Numbered from the stretch's first letter, positions 50,936 through 60,218 are shown. The stretch: DNA of 64,000 nucleotides from Desulfovibrio sp. (GCA_031553235.1 JAVBLS010000002.1:34375-98374), one strand, 5' to 3'. Notes: generated by a model from the letters alone, not told the origin. A program made the numbers and translations.

Positions 50936-52183
50936 ATGGCGAAACACAGCACCATTTCCCAGTTGGATTATTCCTTTGAGCTGCGCCATGCCCTGGTGGG
51001 CGCGCAAATGTTTTTCGTGGCCTTCGGCGCCCTGGTCCTGGTGCCCCTGCTCACCGGCCTGAACTCCAGCGTGGCCATGTTCACGGCCGGGGTCGGCACC
51101 CTGGCCTACCAGGCCATCACCAGGGGCAAGGTGCCCATCTTTCTGGCCTCGTCCTTTGCCTTTATCGCGCCCATCCAGTATGGCATCCAGACTTGGGGCC
51201 TGCCCGGCACCCTCTGCGGGGTCACCGCCGCCGGGGCTTTGTATTTTGCCTTAAGTCTCCTGGTCCGCTACCGGGGCGTGGGCGCGGTCACCCGCCTGCT
51301 GCCACCTATCGTCACCGGCCCGGTGATCATGGTCATCGGCCTGTCCCTGGCGCCCGTGGCCGTGCAGATGGCCGCCGGCACCAACCCCGCCGCCGGCATC
51401 CACGAGGTCAACCAGCCCCACCTGCTCGTGGCCCTGATCTCCCTGGTCGCCACCCTGGCCGCCTCACTCCTGGGCCGGGGCTTTATCCGGCTGGTGCCGA
51501 TCATCTGCGGCATCGCGGCCGGTTATCTGGCCTCCCTGTACTTCGGCCTGGTGGATTTCGGGCCCCTGCACGCGGCCCCCTGGTTTGCCGTGCCCAAGTT
51601 CACCTTTCCTGCCTGGAACGCCGAGGCGGTGCTCTTCATGCTGCCCGTGGCCATTGCCCCGGCCATCGAGCACGTGGGCAACGTAGTGGCCATCGGTTCA
51701 ATTACCGGCCGTGACTACCTCAAGGACCCCGGCCTGCAGCGCACCTTTTTGGGCGACGCCGTCGCGACCTCGCTGGCTTCTTTTGTCGGCGGACCGCCCA
51801 ACACCACCTACGCCGAGGTTTCCGGCGGCGTGGCCCTGACCAGGGCCTTCAACCCCGGGGTCATGACCTGGGCCGCCATCTCGGCCATCTGCCTGGCCTT
51901 TGTCGGCAAGCTCGGGGCCTTTCTCAGCACCATCCCGGCCCCGGTCATGGGCGGGATCATGGTCCTGCTCTTCGGCACCATCGCCGTGGTGGGCATGAAC
52001 AGCCTAGTCCGGGCAGGCGACGACCTGATGAAGCCGCGCAACCTGGCGATCATCGCCGTGGTCCTGGTCTTTGGCCTGGGCGGCATGGAACTGAGCGCCG
52101 GGGTATTCACAGCCAAAGGCATCGGCCTGGCCGGCCTCACCGGCCTGGTGCTGAACCTGATCCTCCCCCGCGGCCGCGAGTAG
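50936..52183 (+). CDS. uracil/xanthine permease (NCS2 family, UraA/PyrP-like)
   Basis: NCS2 signature regions (VLVPLLTGL, FLASSFAFIAP, LPPIVTGPVIMVIGLSL). 12-14 TM helices, ~415 aa. Confidence 0.8.
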   Translation: MAKHSTISQLDYSFELRHALVGAQMFFVAFGALVLVPLLTGLNSSVAMFTAGVGTLAYQAITRGKVPIFLASSFAFIAPIQYGIQTWGLPGTLCGVTAAGALYFALSLLVRYRGVGAVTRLLPPIVTGPVIMVIGLSLAPVAVQMAAGTNPAAGIHEVNQPHLLVALISLVATLAASLLGRGFIRLVPIICGIAAGYLASLYFGLVDFGPLHAAPWFAVPKFTFPAWNAEAVLFMLPVAIAPAIEHVGNVVAIGSITGRDYLKDPGLQRTFLGDAVATSLASFVGGPPNTTYAEVSGGVALTRAFNPGVMTWAAISAICLAFVGKLGAFLSTIPAPVMGGIMVLLFGTIAVVGMNSLVRAGDDLMKPRNLAIIAVVLVFGLGGMELSAGVFTAKGIGLAGLTGLVLNLILPRGRE

Positions 52184-52239
52184 GGGTGCCACCACTGAAT
52201 TTACAAATAAATCTAAGTAGTCCAAGCGCAAAATGCCTA

Positions 52240-52270
52240 AAAACAAGCGGGTGGAAGTCTTTCCACCCGC
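52240..52270. terminator. bidirectional rho-independent terminator between convergent uracil permease and AlkP-paralog genes
   Basis: AAGCGGGTGGAAA-gtc-TTTCCACCCGCTT, a 13-bp perfect stem, with an A-rich 5' flank. Confidence 0.7.
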
Positions 52271-52293
52271 TTCGCACGTATTTGAAACAGGGA

Positions 52294-52866
52294 TCATGCG
52301 CAGTCGTGCTTATCCCAGGGTTCGCGATTATCGCGGGCCAGGGCGCTTTCCATGCGGACCAGGGCTTCTTTGAGCTTGCCGATCTCGTCCATTTTCAGGT
52401 TGGGGCTTTTCAGCACTTGGTAGAGCACCGCGCCGGTGCACTCGGTGGTGATCGGAAAGTCCGCGATGTAGGCCAGGGTGGGCACGATGTCGCGGGCCTG
52501 GGCGGCCCGGGCCACTTCACCGGCCTTGGCGTCCACGCCTAGGCCGTAGAACACGACCGCGCCCTTGGCGACCACGGCCAGGGTGCAGCGGCGGTCGGTG
52601 CCGTCGAGCACGGCGGCCAGGGCGGTATCCAACTCGGCCGTGCCGGCCGTGCCCAGGTCGACGACCATCAGGGCCGTGCCCGTTGCCACTTCGTCGGCCA
52701 CACCGGCCGGAGCAACGGAAATGGCGCCTTCGGCGGCCTCAAGGGAGTTGCCGGCCGTGTAGTTTTTTAGAACCACGCCTTTTTTCAGGAGTTTGCCGAG
52801 GCCGTCGCCGCAAGCGGCGATTTCGGCTTCGGGAGCCAGGACGATGATCGCTTTCTTTTCTGCCAT
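52294..52866 (-). CDS. hypothetical protein; mini-paralog of the C-terminal region of the adjacent alkaline-phosphatase-family enzyme
   Basis: C-terminus ARDIVPTLAYIADFPITTECTGAVLYQVLKSPNL aligns with the large protein's C-terminus LADIVPTLCYATGNPIPDDAEGAVMYQILENPNL. Lacks the N-terminal catalytic Thr and metal ligands. AAGGA SD. Confidence 0.45.
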   Translation of the reverse strand: MAEKKAIIVLAPEAEIAACGDGLGKLLKKGVVLKNYTAGNSLEAAEGAISVAPAGVADEVATGTALMVVDLGTAGTAELDTALAAVLDGTDRRCTLAVVAKGAVVFYGLGVDAKAGEVARAAQARDIVPTLAYIADFPITTECTGAVLYQVLKSPNLKMDEIGKLKEALVRMESALARDNREPWDKHDCA

Positions 52867-52877
52867 GATGAATTCCT

Positions 52878-54764
52878 TTATTTCACTAAATTGGGATTTT
52901 CGAGGATCTGATACATAACCGCACCTTCGGCGTCGTCCGGAATGGGGTTGCCGGTGGCGTAGCACAGGGTGGGCACGATGTCGGCCAGCCAGCGCGGACG
53001 CGTGTAGGTGAAGCCTTTTTTCACGTTCGGGCCCCTGAAGAGCAGAATGTTCTTCAGGCTGCCGCAGCCGGACTCGCCGGTGGGGAAGCCGTAGCCGTGC
53101 TCGGCCATATATTCGGGCTTCAGGGCGTAGACCACATCGCCGGCCTGAGCGCCGCCCATGCCGAAGACCTGGGCGTCTTCCTTGCGCACGGCCAGCAGCA
53201 CCGGGCGCTCGCCGGTCTCGGGGTGCTTGTAGTCCATCAGGGCGTCGATGATCTGGCCGCGGACCTTTTCATAGTCGGCGGCCTCGACGATGCCGTTGGG
53301 ATATTTGTCCTTCAGGTTCACGTACACGAACATGTAGCGCTGGGGAATGGCCACGGACTTGCTCGGGTCAAGCACGTAGTTGAAGCCCTCAGACTCTTCG
53401 TAGATTTCCCAATAGTTTTCGCTCTTCTTGGGCTCGTAGCTGCATAGGCCCTTGGACTTCAGGGCCTCGGCCGTGTTCAGGATCGGGCCGATTGGCGTGG
53501 CCCCGTGGTCGGAACACAGGCAGACCAAGGTGTCGTCGCCGAAAATCTCCATCATCTTGCCGAGCATGCGGTCTTCGATCTGGTAGATCTTGCGCTCCAT
53601 GTCGTATGCTTTTTTGCGGACGTTCTCGTCCTTGCTGTCCATGTCGCCCAGCCAGCCGTGGTAGAACCAGTCGATGGGGTGGGAGTGCATATAGAAGAGA
53701 TCCCAGTCGGCGTTGGCCTTGATCACGCTTGTCGCCACATTGATCAGCCAGTCGGAATGGTACTGGGCCACTTCGACCACGGTGTCCATGTCGAGCACGC
53801 CGTGGATGAAGCCCACCAGACCGATGTCGTTGCAGATCACGTCCTTGGAGAAATCGATGACTTGGGCGGCTTCCGGCGGCCAGACAAAGCCGGTGTGACC
53901 GGAAATGCCGGTGACATAAAGCTTGAAGTCCTCGGCATCATCGGAAAGTTCCATCAGCTTGCAGCGGAAGGTGCCCTTTTCCATGCGGCCGTCTTCCTTG
54001 ACCTTGAACGTATGCTGTACCGGGCCGCTCCACTCGCCTTTCTTGATGGTAAAGAAGGCCTTGGAGTAATCCTTCTCCGGGCAGACGGCAAAAGAATCGA
54101 AGCCGTCGTCGCCGCTCTCCCAGCACAGGCCGTACCAGGTCTGGTTTTCCACCGGGGTCATGGATTCTTTGAAGGCCATTTCCACGGTGAACTCCAGAGG
54201 TTCATCGCACTCAGGCAGGTTTTTCCAGCCCTTGGCGTTGTCGAAACGGGCCTGTACGCCCAGGGGGAAGAAATCCGAGGAAATGACACTTTCGGAAGCC
54301 AGAAATTCTCGGTGGGCATTACCCTCTTCCATCCAGCGGGTTTCGGCCGGGGAGATGCCCTCACCCATGACCATGACGCCGTTCTTCATTTTGCTCGGCC
54401 AGGCCATGGGATAGTTGACCACAAGACACTTCTTGCCTTCCTTGTCCCAGCGGTCCCAGATGGTCTGGGCGGTGAGAATCGAAGAACCGAAGGCCTGCAC
54501 GGTATTCTTGTGTTCCAGGCTGCGCCCTTCCACGTAGTAGTAATAGTCTTCCACGCCGTGGGTGCGCGGGTAGGCGCCGGTGCAGATGGTCGCCCAGGAG
54601 GGCGGCGTGACCGTGGGCAGGTTGTAGCCCTCGGTCATGTAGCTGCCGCTCTCTTTGAACTTCTTGAAGTTCGGCAGCGCGCCCTCGGCAATCAGGGCTT
54701 CCAGGCGTTTGGGGATGGCGCAGTCAAACCCGAGCAGGGCGGCGCGCTTGGCTTTAGCGGTCAT
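52878..54764 (-). CDS. alkaline-phosphatase-superfamily enzyme, nucleotide pyrophosphatase/phosphodiesterase (NPP)-like
   Basis: NPP-type nucleophile motif GYNLPTVTPPSWATICTG and the metal-binding DHG (CSDHGA) and HSHP motifs. Start trimmed to MTAKAKRAALLGFDC (GGAGA SD 7 nt upstream). Confidence 0.7.
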   Translation of the reverse strand: MTAKAKRAALLGFDCAIPKRLEALIAEGALPNFKKFKESGSYMTEGYNLPTVTPPSWATICTGAYPRTHGVEDYYYYVEGRSLEHKNTVQAFGSSILTAQTIWDRWDKEGKKCLVVNYPMAWPSKMKNGVMVMGEGISPAETRWMEEGNAHREFLASESVISSDFFPLGVQARFDNAKGWKNLPECDEPLEFTVEMAFKESMTPVENQTWYGLCWESGDDGFDSFAVCPEKDYSKAFFTIKKGEWSGPVQHTFKVKEDGRMEKGTFRCKLMELSDDAEDFKLYVTGISGHTGFVWPPEAAQVIDFSKDVICNDIGLVGFIHGVLDMDTVVEVAQYHSDWLINVATSVIKANADWDLFYMHSHPIDWFYHGWLGDMDSKDENVRKKAYDMERKIYQIEDRMLGKMMEIFGDDTLVCLCSDHGATPIGPILNTAEALKSKGLCSYEPKKSENYWEIYEESEGFNYVLDPSKSVAIPQRYMFVYVNLKDKYPNGIVEAADYEKVRGQIIDALMDYKHPETGERPVLLAVRKEDAQVFGMGGAQAGDVVYALKPEYMAEHGYGFPTGESGCGSLKNILLFRGPNVKKGFTYTRPRWLADIVPTLCYATGNPIPDDAEGAVMYQILENPNLVK

Positions 54765-55261
54765 GATTTGTCTCCAGAGTAAGGTGTATGTGCCAATGCG
54801 ATCGATGGGCCGGCAATCTGCCGCTTTCAAAAAACGGGCCATTGTGAATTTTTGCGCACAACGCGGATTTGCCGCTTTTTCCAAGACATTTTCGTCACCA
54901 AAAAAGCGACATATATGACGTTTTTTGGCATAAAAAATAAAAAAACTGTGATTTAGTGCCAATAACAATATGGCGATAGATATGTCGCAAATTACGATCA
55001 TTCCGACATAACTCGGAGTCGCCTCGTTCCATTCGGGCGTCGTGCCGGCAGGGCTCTCCAAGGAAGCTGCATTGGCCCGGAAAGCGGCAACAGGCCAATA
55101 GAAATATATCTTCCGGCTTGCCGACTGTGACAAACAGCACAATAGGTGCACAGCGCCCGCGCCGATGCATATCGGCCGCGCCCCCCGGCAGACGACGGCC
55201 ACCGGAACACTCTGCGGCCCGCGCGGGCGTGCCGCGGTGAACCGGAAGCACTCACTGACCA

Positions 55262-56020
55262 TTGAGTTTTATAGCTCAAAATGCTTTCTCGGATTCAGAA
55301 AAAGATCTTCGTCCCATGTGGGAAGCGGTTGTTCCTACCGCCCTGGTCATCGCAGTTCTTTGTGTGGTCATCTGCATGCAGCCCGACCAAAGCCGGAAGA
55401 TGCCGGGCGACACCTTTGCCTTCATTCCCAAGAACTTGGGCGCAGGCTGTCCGTGGTTTAACCTCTTCCTGACCGGACTGGATCTGCTTTTCATTTTCAG
55501 CCGCCACGGCAATGTGAAATTCGGAGCAAAAGACGAAGCCCCGGCTTTCAGCAACGGCAAATGGATTTCCATGATGTTTTGCGCGGGCGTGGCCGGCGCG
55601 GCGATGTTCTGATCCATCGCAGACCCCCTGTACGACCTGAACGGTCCACCCATGAACGTCACGCCGCTGTCGCCGGCAGCCTTCCACTACGCGACCTCAT
55701 ACGTGCTCTTTCACTGGGACGCCTCTACCTGGGTCTGGTATGTCATCTGCGCTCTGCCCATCTGCTACATGTACTATAAAAAGCGCGGCACCCCTGCTCT
55801 GCGCCTTTCGGCGGCCGGCAAAAAAGGTATCGGCAAGTGCGCCGGCGGCCCTGTGAGCACGGCCATCGGCATCTTTTTCTGCATCGGCCTGATTGCCGGC
55901 AACACGGCGATCATGGGCATCTCCATTCCCATTATGGCCGACGCCTGCATGATTCTGGTAATCATCCCGCTGCTCCTCTCGCTGATAAAATGCTTCGTAC
56001 GGAAGACCCCGTGGCCCTAA
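55262..56020 (+). pseudogene. BCCT-family (betaine/carnitine/choline) transporter remnant: in-frame TGA at a conserved Trp codon, and truncated after ~TM4
   Basis: 55262..55612 encodes the BCCT signature GNVKFGAKDEAPAFSNGKWISMMFCAGVAGAAMF, then TGA (55610-55612). The same frame continues as SIADPLYDLNGPP...YVLFHWDASTWVWYV (BCCT motif FxHWG) and stops at 56020. Intact BCCT proteins are at least ~480 aa. Confidence 0.6.
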
Positions 56021-56407
56021 AGCACCAGGAGATCCGGAAGGCCATGGAGTCTCGGGATACCCTGCGGCCTCAAAAGCCGCGGGAGGCCCGGAAATCCCAG
56101 ACCCTTCCGGGCATAGACGCGGCCTAAGACTCTGTCGCGGCGTTCCGGAAAAACCGCCAACCCGCATGTCGCTCAAGGCCCGGAGGACACATGCCCTCCG
56201 GGTTTCGCTTTTTGTCGCGGCCGCGACGATTTTGTCGCATTGCGGTCCACAGGAAAAGCAGCAGCGCGCCCCGGCAGGAATCGGCACCCGGGCCTACCCG
56301 CGAGCCGGCCGCACACCCGCAAAAGGAAACCCCACCGGAAGGCTGCCTGCCGTCCCGGTGGGGTGTTCGTCATCACGGCGCAGGACTTACCCGGGCCCGA
56401 CTGTTCC

Positions 56408-56529
56408 TAGCGCAATTTTACTTTGAAATTGTCTATGAAGCCATATTGCCGTCGGGCTCCTGAACGCGCCCGCAAGCTGCCGGCCGCTTGCGCGTCCGTC
56501 AGAGCAGATGAACATCGAAAATGCTCATC
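56408..56529 (+). repeat. copy 2 of the ~110-nt dispersed repeat
   Basis: ctagcGCAATTTTACTTTGAAATTGTCTATGAAGCCATATTGCCG, then the GC hairpin CCGCAAG-ctgccggccg-CTTGCGcG, then GATGAACATcgaaaATGcTCATC. About 85% identical to copy 1 over ~105 nt. Confidence 0.6.
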
Positions 56530-56539
56530 TGCTCCAGAC

Positions 56540-57616
56540 CTACTTCCAGTCCGGAACGGGCTGCTGCACCAGCTTCAGAAACTTGTCTGTGTTGATGTGG
56601 GCGTCCTTGAACTTCTGCACTTCTTTCGGGCTGAAACGGCCGACGGAGGCAAAGAAGTCGGCCACGGCGAACTGCCACTTGTCGGCCTGAGATTCGCCCT
56701 TGGAGCCGTCAAGCAGGGCCATGGACTCTTCATAGGACCAGCGTGGGTGAATGATGATATCCTGCTTCGCTTCTTCGGCGGTCATCTTGATGCCGGCGAA
56801 GTCGTTCATATACTGCTGGTATTCCTTGATGATGCGATCGCTCGGGCCCTCTTCGGCCAGCATCTTGGAAGTACGGAAGAACACTCGCAGGAACTTGGCC
56901 ACCAGTTCGGGGTTTTTGTCGCACCAATCTTTATCGCCCACAATGGAGGACACAGTCACGCAGTCCATGTCGTTCATGTCGCCGGCCACGGGCCAACCGC
57001 GGGAATCGGCGGCAAAAGTGAAGGGGGACCACAAGCAGGCGGCGTCGCCGATGCCCTTTTCAAAGGCCGGAATGGCCGAGGGCTGCTCCATGTTCACCAG
57101 GGTCACGTCTTCGGGCTTCAGGCCGAGAATTTCCAACCACTTGCCGACCATGTAGTGCACCGTGGTCTGTGAGGTGTAAAGAATCTTCATGCCTTTGACG
57201 GTTTCCGGGCTGCCCAGCACATTGGGGTACTTGGGGTTGTAGCCTTTGATCTTGGCAGCCGGGCTGTCCGGGCGCAGATAGAGCGCGTGCACTTTGCCTT
57301 CGCTGATAATCGGAGCCACGGCGTAAATTTTGTAGCGGATGCCGCCCACCAGCTGGCCGCCCACTCCGGTGGAACCCAGCACCCATTCTTTGGCGGGCAG
57401 AGCTTCCATCTGGGCCGGGCCGCTGCTGAAGAGGATCATCTGAATGTCCAGGCCCTCTTCTTTGTCCCAACCCATTTTTTTGGCGTACCAGATGTTGAAG
57501 CCCGGAGATTCGTCCATCCAGCAGGTGGGAATTTTGACCAGTTCCGCCGCCGTAGCGCCGGAAGCCAGGGCCAGGGCCAGGACGGCGGCCAGGGCCAGAG
57601 AGAAAAGCTTTTTCAT
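56540..57616 (-). CDS. ABC transporter periplasmic substrate-binding protein (NMT1/THI5-like, NitT/TauT family)
   Basis: Signal peptide MKKLFSLALAAVLALALASGATAA and an SsuA/THI5-like fold. AGGAG SD. Last gene of a five-gene ABC operon. Confidence 0.8.
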   Translation of the reverse strand: MKKLFSLALAAVLALALASGATAAELVKIPTCWMDESPGFNIWYAKKMGWDKEEGLDIQMILFSSGPAQMEALPAKEWVLGSTGVGGQLVGGIRYKIYAVAPIISEGKVHALYLRPDSPAAKIKGYNPKYPNVLGSPETVKGMKILYTSQTTVHYMVGKWLEILGLKPEDVTLVNMEQPSAIPAFEKGIGDAACLWSPFTFAADSRGWPVAGDMNDMDCVTVSSIVGDKDWCDKNPELVAKFLRVFFRTSKMLAEEGPSDRIIKEYQQYMNDFAGIKMTAEEAKQDIIIHPRWSYEESMALLDGSKGESQADKWQFAVADFFASVGRFSPKEVQKFKDAHINTDKFLKLVQQPVPDWK

Positions 57617-57674
57617 GCACGTCTCCTGATGTAACCGGTTGAGTGAAACAAATGGGATACCAACAGGGCCGGCG

Positions 57675-58439
57675 CTACAGCGTCAGCCTTTGCTCTTCCG
57701 TTATGGTATTGCGCAGTTCCAGAAACTTGATGTCCATGTTGTCGCGCGGCCGGGGCAGGGGAATGTCGTAGCTGTGCCTCACATGGCCCGGCAACTTGCC
57801 TTCCATGGTCACGATCCTGTCGGCCAGCAGAATGGCTTCATCGATGTTGTTGGTCACGAAGATCATGGTCCGTTTTTCCATGTGCCAGATGCGCTCGGTC
57901 TCCTGCTCCATAAAGAAACGGGTCTGCGCGTCCAACTGGCCGAAAGGCTCGTCCAGGAGCATGACCGTGGGGTTCAGGGCATAGGCCCGGGCGATGCCCA
58001 CGCGCTGCTTCATGCCGCCCGAAAGCTGGTGCGGGTAATAGCTCTCAAAGCCCTTCAGGCCGACCAGATCCAGCCAGTAGTGGGCGACATCTTTACATTC
58101 CTTGACAGGCAAGCCCTTGGTGCGCAGCCCCAGTTCCACGTTATTGTACACCGTTTCCCAGGGGAAAAGCATATAGCTCTGGAACACCAGGCCCCGGTCG
58201 GGACCGGCGCCGGTGATCGGTTTGCCGTCCAGGGTCACCGCACCCGTGGTGGGGGTTTCCAGCCCGGCGATGATGCGCAGCAATGTGCTTTTGCCGCATT
58301 GTCCCGGGCCAAGAATAACCAGGAATTCCTGATCGTGGACCTCAAGGGAAACATCCTTGAGCACGGGAACGAGATGGGTTCCCTTCTGCACGAATGTTTT
58401 GCCGACGTTGTCGCAGACGATTTTGCTCGTGGAAGACAC
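57675..58439 (-). CDS. ABC transporter ATP-binding protein (NitT/TauT family)
   Basis: Walker A GPGQCGKST, signature LSGGMKQRVGIAR, Walker B MLLDEPFGQLD. GTG start with GGAG SD. Confidence 0.85.
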   Translation of the reverse strand: MSSTSKIVCDNVGKTFVQKGTHLVPVLKDVSLEVHDQEFLVILGPGQCGKSTLLRIIAGLETPTTGAVTLDGKPITGAGPDRGLVFQSYMLFPWETVYNNVELGLRTKGLPVKECKDVAHYWLDLVGLKGFESYYPHQLSGGMKQRVGIARAYALNPTVMLLDEPFGQLDAQTRFFMEQETERIWHMEKRTMIFVTNNIDEAILLADRIVTMEGKLPGHVRHSYDIPLPRPRDNMDIKFLELRNTITEEQRLTL

Positions 58440-58470
58440 GGAAGACTCCTTGGGTAGACGCCGCGGCGCT

Positions 58471-59376
58471 CTACAGATTTTCGATTTCCCGCTGCCAGGG
58501 GCAGAGCTTGCCGCTGAGGAATTCCATTCCCTGCGTAAAAATCAGGGAGATGATCGTAATCACCACCATGCCGCCGATGATCATGGCCGGGTCGGAGAGT
58601 TTCATGCCTTGGGTGATGATGAAGCCCAGGCCGGAGCGGGCGTTGACCAGTTCGGCAGCGACCACCGAGGTCCAGGCGCTGGACATGGCGATCTGCAGAC
58701 CGGCGGTGATGGCCGGCAGAGCCCCGGGAATGCAGACCCGGCGAATCTCCACCCAACGGCTGCCGCCCATGGTCCGCACCACGTCATAGAGTTCCGGCTC
58801 GATGAGCTGTACGCTGTTGAAAGAGTTAAGCACCACCGGCACAAATGAACCGATGACGATGATGAAAATCTTCGGGGCTTCGCCGATGCCGAACCAGAGA
58901 ATGGCCACGGAAATCCAAGCCAAGGGGGGCATGGGTTTGAACATGTCGAAAAGCGGCTTCACAATGGCCCTGGTCGTGGGGCTGAAGGCCATGGCCAGGC
59001 CCATGGGCAGGCCGATACCCACGGCGACGCAAAAGCCCAGCAGCACCCGCGAGGTACTGACCCAGATATGCTGCCACAGGGTCATGCCGGCCAGGCTGTT
59101 GGTCGCCAGATCCTGCAGGCCTGCAACAACTTGGAAAGGTGAAGCCAAGGCGCTGGAGCCGAAGAGGTTCGACACGGCCGCCCAGTGCCAGAGAGCGAAG
59201 AAACCCAGGACTGAAACGGTGTGCATGAAATACTGGCTGTGCAGAATGCTCCGCAGGGTGATGGGCGTATCGTTGGTCCGAACGACGACCTCGTTGCAGA
59301 CGTTCTCTCCGCCGCCCTGCTCTTCCGTCGTCGCGGCCGCGGTCTGGTTCATGATGTTGGTGGTTGCATCGCTCAC
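58471..59376 (-). CDS. ABC transporter permease (SsuC/TauC-like)
   Basis: 6-TM permease with an EAA-like loop (FNSVQLIEPELYDVVRTMG). Confidence 0.8.
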   Translation of the reverse strand: MSDATTNIMNQTAAATTEEQGGGENVCNEVVVRTNDTPITLRSILHSQYFMHTVSVLGFFALWHWAAVSNLFGSSALASPFQVVAGLQDLATNSLAGMTLWQHIWVSTSRVLLGFCVAVGIGLPMGLAMAFSPTTRAIVKPLFDMFKPMPPLAWISVAILWFGIGEAPKIFIIVIGSFVPVVLNSFNSVQLIEPELYDVVRTMGGSRWVEIRRVCIPGALPAITAGLQIAMSSAWTSVVAAELVNARSGLGFIITQGMKLSDPAMIIGGMVVITIISLIFTQGMEFLSGKLCPWQREIENL

Positions 59377-59378
59377 GG

Positions 59379-60191
59379 CTACCTCCTGATGCCGGCCAAC
59401 AGCCTGGCTTCGACTTTTTCAATGAAGAAACTGATGATGCTGCCGGAAATGCCCACGCTGACCATGCCCACCAGCACGATGTCCGTGCGCCCGAGCATGC
59501 GGCCCATGGAAATGAGGTAGCCGAGACCTTTATCGGAGGCCAGCAGTTCCGCCGCCACCAGGGTCACCCAGCAGTAGGCCAGGGCGATCTGCAAGGCCCC
59601 GAACACCATGGGCAGGGCCGAGGGGATGCAGATGGTGCGAAAAATCTGCCAGTCGGTGGCCCCATAGGTGCGGGCCATCTGGATATACACCGGGTTGCTC
59701 ATACGCACCCCGATGAAGGCGTTGATCACGCAGGGCACAATGCCCGAAATCCAGATGATGAAGACCTTGCCGGAAAGGCCGATGCCGAACCAGAAAATGG
59801 TCAGGGGAATCCAGGCCACCGGGGGGATGGGCCGGATCATTTCAAAAATGGGCCGGACGTAACCGCGCACGGTGTTGAACCAGCCCATGGCCAGCCCCAG
59901 GGGCAGACCCACGGCCAGGGCCAGGATATAGCCCAAAAAGGCTTCCTGCATGCTGACCCAGGCGTGAGCCAACAAAGTGGCGCCGTCCGGCTGGGGGTTG
60001 GTGAATTTATCGATAAGCAACTGCAACACATCCAGGGGAGCCGAGAGCAACGTGGTGGGGATGCGCCAGTCTTCCACCCCTTCCGGGGCAACGCTGACCT
60101 GCCAGAGGACCAGGAACGCGGCGATGCTGAGCACCGGCAGAATACGCAGCCGCAAAGGCGTCGCGGTAAGGCTTTTAGTGTCTTCCGTCAT
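59379..60191 (-). CDS. ABC transporter permease (second, heterodimeric partner)
   Basis: Paralogous 6-TM permease (EAA-like loop FIGVRMSNPVYIQMARTYG). Confidence 0.8.
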   Translation of the reverse strand: MTEDTKSLTATPLRLRILPVLSIAAFLVLWQVSVAPEGVEDWRIPTTLLSAPLDVLQLLIDKFTNPQPDGATLLAHAWVSMQEAFLGYILALAVGLPLGLAMGWFNTVRGYVRPIFEMIRPIPPVAWIPLTIFWFGIGLSGKVFIIWISGIVPCVINAFIGVRMSNPVYIQMARTYGATDWQIFRTICIPSALPMVFGALQIALAYCWVTLVAAELLASDKGLGYLISMGRMLGRTDIVLVGMVSVGISGSIISFFIEKVEARLLAGIRR

Positions 60192-60218
60192 AAGAACGAT
60201 TCCTTTGGGTTTCCGGTG

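Noticed and set aside
54783-54800. TGGCAC hexamer on the minus strand upstream of the NPP-like gene, as a sigma54 promoter
   Set aside because: The -12 GC dinucleotide is missing (TGGCACatacaCCTTa) and the element is about 30 nt from the ATG, so it does not fit the -24/-12 geometry.
55610-55612. TGA in the BCCT frame interpreted as selenocysteine
   Set aside because: The position corresponds to a conserved Trp in BCCT transporters, not a redox Cys/Sec site. No SECIS-like hairpin follows. A nonsense mutation or sequencing error is far more likely.
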